From assembly GCA_963799485.1 (NCBI GenBank), contig CAWCXJ010000001.1:1-64000 (forward strand): a stretch of 64,000 nucleotides of DNA, in the 5' to 3' direction. Shown here one piece after another: positions 1 through 8,525 of the stretch (the first letter of the stretch is position 1; the number at the start of each line of letters is the position of its first letter). Below the pieces are notes generated by a model. The model was not told where the DNA came from. It ran no database searches and worked only from the letters and a program-made list of their open reading frames with translations. Source of the DNA: an uncultured Trueperaceae bacterium (GTDB lineage: Bacteria; Deinococcota; Deinococci; Deinococcales; Trueperaceae). The translations under genes and the position numbers were made by a program.

Positions 1-414
1 CTTACCGCTATGGCTAAGTTGGTGCGACGTCAAACGTGAGGGTGGTAAAAAACGCTTCTACGTCGCCGCTACCTTTGCGGCTGGCGGTGCCTATCTCGCC
101 AAACGCTATCGCCGCAGGTGGCTCATTGAATCGTTTTTCAAGTCCGTTAAGCATGATTTCGGTCTTAAAGAAGCACGGCTTGGGACAAAAGACGGCATCC
201 GTTTCTGGATTTTCCCGGCCTGTTTAGCCTTTAGCTTAGCAAGCTTCAAACGTTCTCTGAGCCAGCGCACGCTTAACCTTTTACAAGCCGCTAAAAGTGT
301 CCTCGAGACCCTCATAGATGTTTGTCTTATCCGGCTTATGGTTGACTGTGAAAGGCTTTCTCAAAACCAACCACGACGCCTTAAACTTCTCTATGGATAA
401 GTGCAAGACTTGAG
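1..414 (+). mobile_element. 3' part of an IS4/IS701-type element (transposase C-terminus 2..400, probable right end ~401-414)
   Basis: Frame 2 is open from base 2 to TAA at 398-400 and reads ...AKRYRRRWLIESFFKSVKHDFGL..., a Y-R-E-K-type DDE C-terminal motif. It is not in the ORF track because the start lies outside the window. Confidence 0.8.
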
Positions 415-430
415 TTTTACAGGAGGTACT

Positions 431-762
431 GTGCCCAGAACACCGCCAACTACTGCACCGCCATTACCTAAACTTGAATCGCCCGAAAGCTGGACGGTTC
501 AGCTGCAAACCATTATCCCGATGTTCGGCGGCAGCGCCCAAACCCGTCAGATAGACCCTCGGCACCCCGTCCGGGCCGCCAGCGTGCGCGGACACCTGCG
601 CTTTTGGTGGCGCGCAACAGCAGGAGCAAGTTGTAAAAATGCCGACTTTGCCTTACCTGCCCCGCCGACTTGTATTCCCAAATAGTAGCCACCTTGCACG
701 CCCGGGTTCTGTTCGGTGGCATCGGCGCACGCACCCGCCGGGGTTGCGGCAGTATGGAGTTA
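431..762 (+). pseudogene. cmr1: Type III-B CRISPR RAMP protein Cmr1 remnant (internal deletion/frameshift, truncated by IS630)
   Basis: AGGAGG RBS at 421, GTG at 431. Frame 2 has IIPMFGGS...RAASVRGHLRFWWRA. Frame 1 (637-762) has the RAMP glycine-rich loop VLFGGIGARTRRGCGS. Confidence 0.85.
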
Positions 763-1420
763 AGTACCTCCCCCATAAGTTTTAGACATAGGTAACATTG
801 AGGGCTTTGAGGCCAAGCTTGAGAGCGGCTTTAAGTTCGTTGAGGGTGTTGTAGCAACGTCTCGGCATGAGGAAGCTTTTGAGCTTGCGCCAGACGCTTT
901 CAATGGGGTTGAGTTGTGGGCAGTAGGCGGGCAAGTAACGCAGGTATAGACCTTCCTCCCATTTCGACCTCTGTTCCTGAAGGAGCTTGCCTTTGTGAAA
1001 GGGCGCGTTGTCAAGCACAACGACCGTAAGCCGGGTTGGGTCACAGCTTTGGGCGAGTGTCTCAAGGTAGCTGATGACCTGAGCCGGTGTACACGAGCTG
1101 CTGAGTTCACGGACTTCAAGCTGCTCGGTGGTTCCGAACAGTGAGAGGGTACCGATGAGATTTAAGCGGCCTTGCGAGCTCCACCGGGTCGGTACCTTGA
1201 ACTGTTTGCCTGAGCCTTTGGCAAACCAGGTGTAACACAGGCTTAGCATGAGCGAAAAGCCGCTTTGGTCGAGGTACTTCAAGCTCAGCCTCTCGTCCAA
1301 TGCCCCCTTTTTAGCGTTTCTGACGACGCCTGATGCTTGGCTACGACCTCCGGGTCGGCGTCTTTGCCAGGAGCGTAACGTGCCCGTTTCCAGCTATAGC
1401 CCAGCTCTAAGAGCTTGACT
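761..1420 (-). mobile_element. IS630-family element, 5'-truncated (orfB DDE domain 782..1300, only the tail of orfA)
   Basis: YLDQSGF, VVVLDNAPFHK and LPAYCPQLNPIESVW motifs. The orfA tail LGYSWKRARY...TLKRG ends at an AAAAAGGGGG slippery site (~1303-1312). TA at the distal end. Confidence 0.88.
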
Positions 1421-1464
1421 ATGCCAACCCTATCACTATCCGTCAATACTTCTTTGGTGGAGTA

Positions 1465-2007
1465 CTAGTCACAAATATGCGTCGGCTCCCCGTCCAAACT
1501 CAGCGTATTTTTCTCTTCCCAGTACGCCTGAATCCCGTCTTCCCCCTTGCGCGCCGCCCAGGTACGCATCAGCTCGCGGTCACCTTGATAATCGAACATC
1601 GGCACACCGAACCCGCACGAGGTTTGCACCAGCTCGACGTGAAGTTTGAACACTTGTCTCGAGCCTCCCAGCGGTTCAAACAGCCCGATATAGGTGTTCC
1701 ATTCCGGGTCGCGCGGGTGATACGCGACCGCTTCGCCGTAAAGCCGCAAAATCAGCGGGTTGCCCTCGAAGGCGCAAAACATCAGTGTCATCCGTGGTGT
1801 GTCCAAAAGGTGCGCCGCCGTCTCGTTACCGCTGCCGGTGCCGTTTAGCCATACGACTGTCTGCTCATCTAGTACGCGGAGCGAATCCAGCCCTTTAGGG
1901 GAGACGTTGACGTGCCCGCCCTTTGCAGCAGTCGCTACGAAAAAGAGTTTTTGCGCCGCTATAAATGCACGGTGCTGCTCGCTAATGCTATCAAAACGCT
2001 GTCCCAC
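1465..2007 (-). CDS. Pyridoxamine 5'-phosphate oxidase family FMN-binding protein
   Basis: FIAAQKLFFVATA, VNVSPKG, GSGNETAAHL and VQTSCGFGVP motifs. Confidence 0.85.
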   Translation of the reverse strand: MGQRFDSISEQHRAFIAAQKLFFVATAAKGGHVNVSPKGLDSLRVLDEQTVVWLNGTGSGNETAAHLLDTPRMTLMFCAFEGNPLILRLYGEAVAYHPRDPEWNTYIGLFEPLGGSRQVFKLHVELVQTSCGFGVPMFDYQGDRELMRTWAARKGEDGIQAYWEEKNTLSLDGEPTHICD

Positions 2008-2046
2008 GTACTGCCTCCGGTCGGGTTTGCAAAATTACAAAACGGT

Positions 2047-2643
2047 TTACACGTAGGGGAGACGTGACGCGGTTTGCGTGATGGCGTCGTCGGCCTCCAA
2101 AAGTTCGGCGATGGGATCCCAACGTCCGGCTAACAGGGCTTCCTGGGCGCTCTCGCGGATCGTCACCTCGAACATTTTGTCCCCGACCGTAACAGTGCTT
2201 TTTTCGACGTCGAGGGTGATTTCGGTATTCGGGTCGGCGTCGATGGTGGCTGCCATTTCTGTGAGCTGCTCACCCGTCGCCTCGGCGCAGGGCATTCCCA
2301 AGGTGGTGCTGTTGCCGAAAAAGATTTCGGCGAAACTTTCAGCAATGACCGCGCGGATGCCGAAACGGTACATCGCCTGCGGCGCGTGTTCGCGTGACGA
2401 ACCGCACCCGAAGTTTTCGCCGGACAAGATGATGCTGGCACCGCCGAAACGCGGGTCGTTTAAGGGATGAGGTTTCTCGCTGCCGTCTTCATGGAAGCGG
2501 ACATCGTGAAACATGTATTGCCCCAAATCGTCGAAGGTCACGCACTTCATAAACCGCGCCGGGATGATGCGGTCGGTATCGATGTCGTCGCCTGCGACGA
2601 CAACGCCGCGCCCTGTTACGGACGCAATTTTTTCTAAGGCCAT
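2047..2643 (-). CDS. leuD: 3-isopropylmalate dehydratase small subunit
   Basis: DIDTDRIIPARF, NFGCGSSREHAP and ESFAEIFFGN. The true ATG is at 2643 with an AAAAGGAG RBS; the ORF-track start (2862) runs into the upstream gene. Confidence 0.95.
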   Translation of the reverse strand: MALEKIASVTGRGVVVAGDDIDTDRIIPARFMKCVTFDDLGQYMFHDVRFHEDGSEKPHPLNDPRFGGASIILSGENFGCGSSREHAPQAMYRFGIRAVIAESFAEIFFGNSTTLGMPCAEATGEQLTEMAATIDADPNTEITLDVEKSTVTVGDKMFEVTIRESAQEALLAGRWDPIAELLEADDAITQTASRLPYV

Positions 2644-2645
2644 AG

Positions 2646-3235
2646 TCAAACTCCTTTTTGAACATGTTTGGTGCAAACCATCAGGCCGGTAGACCAGTCC
2701 AGACGGGTGCAGAGAAAGTCGGCCCTTAGTCGCCAGCAGTTCCACTAGTTCCCGCTGTCCTTGCCAGACTTCGAGCAAATAGTCATCAACATCAGTTAGC
2801 TCGTCTCTATCTTTCCAACCGAGGTTCCATATCGTCCACAACGTAAAAGCCGCCTGGTGCAACGAAATTTAAAGCCAGTTCGGGATGGTTGATTTTACCC
2901 GGCCAGGTGTCGGCAAAGATGAAGTCGAACGGGTCATGAGCTTGATGGAGAAACTCGAGCCCGTCTCCCACCCAAAACGTAATATGCGGGTCATGCCCCA
3001 AATGTTTTTTGGCGACCTCGACCTGCTCGGTATTTCTCTCTACGGTGGTGAGGCTCGAGGCCGCGTCCATGCCCCGTAAAAGCCACGCGCTGCCCGCGCC
3101 GACGCCGGTACCGAGTTCTAAAAACCGACCGCCGGGTTTACTCGCGGCGAGCGTTGCCAGAAAGCCGCCGGTGAGGTCGTCGGAGCTTTGGGTAAAGCCG
3201 ATGTCGTGAGCTGCGTTGCGGAGCGTTTGGGTCAT
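2646..3235 (-). pseudogene. SAM-dependent O-methyltransferase with two apparent +1 frameshifts
   Basis: FLELGTGVGAGSAWL motif I, FDFIFAD and GGFYVVDD. The C-terminus continues in two other frames (GWKDRDEL..., then DFLCTRLDWSTGLMVCTK) to TGA at 2646-2648. Confidence 0.75.
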
Positions 3236-3236
3236 T

Positions 3237-4682
<1,446 letters not shown>

Positions 4683-4712
4683 TATTTCCTTTCTACCACG
4701 TTCATGAATACC

Positions 4713-4739
4713 AAAAAAAACCCTCGGATTTCCCGAGGG
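4713..4739 (-). terminator. Attenuator terminator of the leu operon leader
   Basis: Minus strand CCCTCGG-GAAAT-CCGAGGG followed by T8, 30 nt upstream of the leuC ATG. Confidence 0.85.
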
Positions 4740-4761
4740 CGCTTCTAGCTGGGCGCATTTT

Positions 4762-4833
4762 CTACGCGGCGGCGACCTCGAGACGACACCCCCATAGTAG
4801 AACGAGTCGGGCGTAGGTCGTAGCTGCTTGCAT
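4762..4833 (-). CDS. Putative leu operon leader peptide (23 aa, [23 protein letters not shown])
   Basis: ATG 6 nt after the -10 box. Contains CTC GTT CTA CTA (Leu-Val-Leu-Leu) and overlaps an antiterminator-capable segment. Confidence 0.75.
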   Translation of the reverse strand: MQAATTYARLVLLWGCRLEVAAA

Positions 4834-4839
4834 CTGATG

Positions 4840-4869
4840 AGTATATGTGCTGCTTTAGGGCTGTGTCAA
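4840..4869 (-). promoter_or_regulatory. Sigma70-type promoter of the leu operon
   Basis: TTGACA (4869-4864), 18-nt spacer, TATACT (4845-4840). Confidence 0.75.
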
Positions 4870-4967
4870 CGTAATTTTTACAAAACGTGGATTTTACAAG
4901 CAGGTGCGTGTACCTAAAACAGCGACCGAACATGCTGGGCCGCCCGGTCGCTACTCACCGCCAACTA

Positions 4968-5984
4968 CTAGCTGGGTTTTTGCTTGTTCGATTCGTTTTT
5001 GGCGGTTTCCTTGGCGTCGTCGGCAACCTTTTTGGCGGCGTCTTTACCCTCTTGCATTAGGTTTTGACCTTCGGCTTTGGCGTCGCCGGCGACCTTGCTG
5101 AACTCTTCCTTAGCGGTCTCTTTGGCCTCGTCGAACGTTTTCTGAGCGACTTGACGTGCACGTTCGGCAGTTTCTTTAGCCTGTTCCGCGAGGTGATCGC
5201 GGGCGTCGCCCATGAGTTCGTCTTCCTTTTGGGTACCGGGAAGCGAAAGTCCTATGAGCGCGCCGAGAATTGCCGTGATAAGTCCGGCGACGAGCGGTTG
5301 TGACTCGATAAAGCCTGCAAGTCCGCGTCCGGCGTCTTTGGTTTTTGCCCTCGCCTGACGTGCCCGGCTGCCCATGCTGCTGTCGTCTTGCGACCAGTTG
5401 CCGTACGCGCCCGCGTCGGCGTTGTCGAAGCCACCCGCCCCGTACGCCCCGGCACCGCCCTCATACGTACCGTATCCCTGCGGGTCGCCGTAGCCTTGTC
5501 CGTAACGGCTCCTTACCTGATGATCGGGTTCGGTGTAGCCGGTCGCGGCGGTAGCTTCGTCCCCGAAGCCTGGGCGCACGTAGCCGGTGTAGTCACCTTC
5601 GCCGTAGTTATAGCGGGTTCCGTAACCGACGTAATTTTCATCGTCTTCGTTGGCGCGCCTGATGCCGACGCCGCCCCCGGCGGCTAAGAGTACGACCCCT
5701 GCCCCGATAAGGGCCGTCGGCAAAGGGTGGCGGCGCACCATATCGAAAAAGCTTCCGCCCGCCTCTTGTGCCCGCTGGGTTACGCTGTCGGTTACTTCAT
5801 TTACGGTGTCCATCACAACCTCCTGCGCGTCTGCGAGCCTCTGCTCGGTCTGCGCCTTGAATGAGTTTCTAAACCGCTCCGGGCTCAGTCTGTGCGAAAG
5901 CGCCTCGACGTTTTGACCGAGGTTTTGCCGGGTATGGGCGATGTCGGCCTCGAGTTCGCTTAAGCTCTTGTCGTTTTGACTCAT
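4968..5984 (-). CDS. DUF3618-domain protein with LEA-like C-terminal repeats
   Basis: N-terminal LSELEADIAHTRQNLGQNVEALSHRLSP, two ElaB/YqjD-like hydrophobic segments (RRHPLPTALIGAG, SQPLVAGLI) and AKE repeats. Confidence 0.75.
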   Translation of the reverse strand: MSQNDKSLSELEADIAHTRQNLGQNVEALSHRLSPERFRNSFKAQTEQRLADAQEVVMDTVNEVTDSVTQRAQEAGGSFFDMVRRHPLPTALIGAGVVLLAAGGGVGIRRANEDDENYVGYGTRYNYGEGDYTGYVRPGFGDEATAATGYTEPDHQVRSRYGQGYGDPQGYGTYEGGAGAYGAGGFDNADAGAYGNWSQDDSSMGSRARQARAKTKDAGRGLAGFIESQPLVAGLITAILGALIGLSLPGTQKEDELMGDARDHLAEQAKETAERARQVAQKTFDEAKETAKEEFSKVAGDAKAEGQNLMQEGKDAAKKVADDAKETAKNESNKQKPS

Positions 5985-6394
5985 TGGACTTTTTCCCGAA
6001 TCATCGCCGCGTCGTCTTTAAGGGTCTGCGCGGTACGCTCCGGCATCAGCTTGAGTTTTCGCATCCGGTTGATCCCGACCCAGGCAAATATCGCCCCCAG
6101 GACGAGGAAGATCGCGCCGACGAGAAGCGCCGCCGCCCAGTCGGGCATAATGAGTGCGAGCGCCAAGATTACCGAGGTGAGAACGGCAATAAGCCCGACT
6201 GTAGCCAAGATGCCACCGACTGCCAGCACGACGATGCCGACGACCGCCTGCGCCAACGCGCCCTGGAATTCCTTTTTGGCGAGCGCGACCTCTTGCTGGA
6301 TCAGCAGCCCGATATCGCTCATAAGCCCCGAAAAAAGGGCACTAAACGAACGGGTCTCTTGCGGGTTGTCTTCTGCCGTTGTTTCTCTTACCAT
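5981..6394 (-). CDS. Holin-X/YhjD-like (phage holin family) membrane protein
   Basis: LIQQEVALAKKE, two TM helices and PERTAQTLKDD; coupled to the DUF3618 gene. Confidence 0.8.
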   Translation of the reverse strand: MVRETTAEDNPQETRSFSALFSGLMSDIGLLIQQEVALAKKEFQGALAQAVVGIVVLAVGGILATVGLIAVLTSVILALALIMPDWAAALLVGAIFLVLGAIFAWVGINRMRKLKLMPERTAQTLKDDAAMIREKVQ

Positions 6395-6423
6395 GATAGT
6401 TCTCTTGTCATAGTGCGCTGCTC

Positions 6424-6981
6424 CTAACGCTGGGCGTCGTAAGACGTGTCGGCGTTTGAAGCGTGGGAGCTGCTCCGCAAAAACCGGGCCGCGACCAAAC
6501 CTACGACGAGCGCCCCACCGACGAACAAGCTGGGCCGCTGCCGCGCGAATGTTTCGACGTCGCCCATGACGTCGCGTAGGCCTTTACCCTCGAGGTAATC
6601 CGATACCTTTTCGACTTGATCGCCAATCCGCTCGGTGTACCCGGCAAGGTCGTTTTGGTCTTCCTCCCTGAGCTGTTCACTGGTTTTGTGAAACGCCTGG
6701 GCGACGCTGCTCACTTGCGAGACGACGCGCCCCTTGCCCTGTTCGAAACCCTTTTCGGCTTCAGCCTGAGCGCGGTTTCTGGCATTTTGCGCTTGCTCCT
6801 TAACTCTGCCTTTAACGTCGCCTGCGCGTTGTTGGGCGTCATGTGCTGCGTCGCTCGCGTGCTGCTTGGCGTCCTGGGCTGCTTGATCGGCCTTTTGCGA
6901 CGCCTGCTGAGCAGTATCCTCGGCTTTTTTCCCGGCGTCACCTTTGGTGTCGTCTTTTTGCGTTTTCTGATTATCTGTCAC
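6424..6981 (-). CDS. LEA-like / YqjD-like general stress protein
   Basis: Q/A/K-rich hydrophilic repeats followed by FARQRPSLFVGGALVVGLVAARFL tail anchor. Confidence 0.7.
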   Translation of the reverse strand: MTDNQKTQKDDTKGDAGKKAEDTAQQASQKADQAAQDAKQHASDAAHDAQQRAGDVKGRVKEQAQNARNRAQAEAEKGFEQGKGRVVSQVSSVAQAFHKTSEQLREEDQNDLAGYTERIGDQVEKVSDYLEGKGLRDVMGDVETFARQRPSLFVGGALVVGLVAARFLRSSSHASNADTSYDAQR

Positions 6982-7352
6982 GCCTGTACTCCATTCTCGT
7001 ACCCTGTTCGGGTCGTTTGTTGAAGGGCAAGAACCGTATTAAAGCTCTACCGGCCCCTAAAGCTGCCCTACTTACCTAATTGTGTTGAGCCAGCTGCGTT
7101 TAAGAAAGTACCTGTTCTTACAAAGGGCTGCCCTAGGCAGGACTGTGTCAAGTATAGAGGTACCGGCGTCGACGACTGCAGGATTTCAGCTCGGTACTTA
7201 TGAAAACCGCTGTGGTTTACGGTGTAGAACGCTTTTGGGTCGGTACAAAACGCGACTCGGCGAAAGGCGGAACCAAAAAGTAAACCGGTACCTAAACCCA
7301 AAAAAGCCCGGTCGGCCGCCCGGACTCGCGGCTCGAGCCAGAAAATCAGCTG

Positions 7353-8510
7353 CTAACCACGTCCCCCGCGTCCAAACGTGTTCTGGGTCGGTGCCGGTGC
7401 CTGACGCGCTGCTCCGCTAAAGGCCGCAGACGCTCCGCCGGTAACGCCGCCCGTACTCACCAGGCGAGCAAATTCCTTGGCGTCGACCGCACGCGAAATC
7501 CCGACTTCGTAAGAGATGGTTCTTTTCAGGTGCAACTCGGCCAAACACGCGTCCATCGTCTGCATCCCGTGCTGTCCACCCATCTGAATCGCCGATAAAA
7601 TCTGGTGCGTTTTGCCCTCCCGGATGAGGTTCCGAACGGCGGGCGTAGCGATCAAAAACTCATAGGCCAGGGCGCGCCCGCCGCCCTGTTTAGGAACGAG
7701 TTGCTGTGTCAAGATGGCCTGCAAGTTGTTCGCAAGCTGTACCCTGACCTGCGCCTGCTGCGCCTCGGGAAACACGTCGATAATACGGTCGACAGCTTCG
7801 GGGGCCGAGTTGGTGTGAAGCGTCCCCATCACCAGGTGGCCGGTTTCGGCGGCGGTTACAGCCGCGCCGATGGTTTCGAAGTCGCGCATCTCACCGACTA
7901 AAATAACGTCCGGAGCTTGCCGTAAAACTGCCCTTAGCGCCCGCTCGAAGCTCTTGGTGTCGTCGCCGAGTTCGCGCTGATTGATAATCGAGCGCTTGTG
8001 CGTGTGAAAAAACTCGATAGGGTCTTCGATGGTCATGATGTGCTTATGCATCTCGGCGTTGACCATATCGAGCATCGCCGCGAGCGTCGTCGATTTACCC
8101 GAACCGGTCGGCCCGGTGACGAGTACCAGGCCGCGTGGCGCTCTGGCAACGTCGCCGACTACGCTCGGTAAACCCATCTTGTCGAAGCCCAAAATCTCGC
8201 TCGGAATGGTTCGCAGCACTCCGCCGATCGAGCCGCGCTGAAAAAACGCGTTCACCCTAAAGCGTCCGTGTCCGCTCAGCGAAAACGAAAAATCGAGTTC
8301 ACGGCGCTCTTCGAAGTCGCGCTGCTTTTTTTCGTCCATCATGGTGTATAAGAGGCGGCGCGTGTCGCTTGCATCGAGCACCTCTAGCTCGGTCGCTTGC
8401 CACTCACCGTCGAGCCGGAGCATCGGCGGCAGGCCGACGGTGACGATCAGGTCACTGGCGCGGCGCTCACTCGTCAGCCGTAAAAGGTCGATGATATCGG
8501 TTTGGCTCAT
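7353..8510 (-). CDS. pilT: Type IV pilus retraction ATPase
   Basis: GPTGSGKSTT, TIEDPIEF, VILVGEMRD, GTLHTNSA and AVRNLIRE motifs. Confidence 0.95.
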   Translation of the reverse strand: MSQTDIIDLLRLTSERRASDLIVTVGLPPMLRLDGEWQATELEVLDASDTRRLLYTMMDEKKQRDFEERRELDFSFSLSGHGRFRVNAFFQRGSIGGVLRTIPSEILGFDKMGLPSVVGDVARAPRGLVLVTGPTGSGKSTTLAAMLDMVNAEMHKHIMTIEDPIEFFHTHKRSIINQRELGDDTKSFERALRAVLRQAPDVILVGEMRDFETIGAAVTAAETGHLVMGTLHTNSAPEAVDRIIDVFPEAQQAQVRVQLANNLQAILTQQLVPKQGGGRALAYEFLIATPAVRNLIREGKTHQILSAIQMGGQHGMQTMDACLAELHLKRTISYEVGISRAVDAKEFARLVSTGGVTGGASAAFSGAARQAPAPTQNTFGRGGRG

Positions 8511-8525
8511 GAAGTTCTCCTTACT

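Noticed and set aside
2644..2862. 72-aa N-terminal extension of LeuD in the ORF track
   Set aside because: It is the frameshifted middle of the upstream methyltransferase; leuD has its own RBS and ATG at 2643.
5981..6394. Holin as evidence of a prophage
   Set aside because: No phage genes nearby; this family sits in the common DUF3618 stress cluster.
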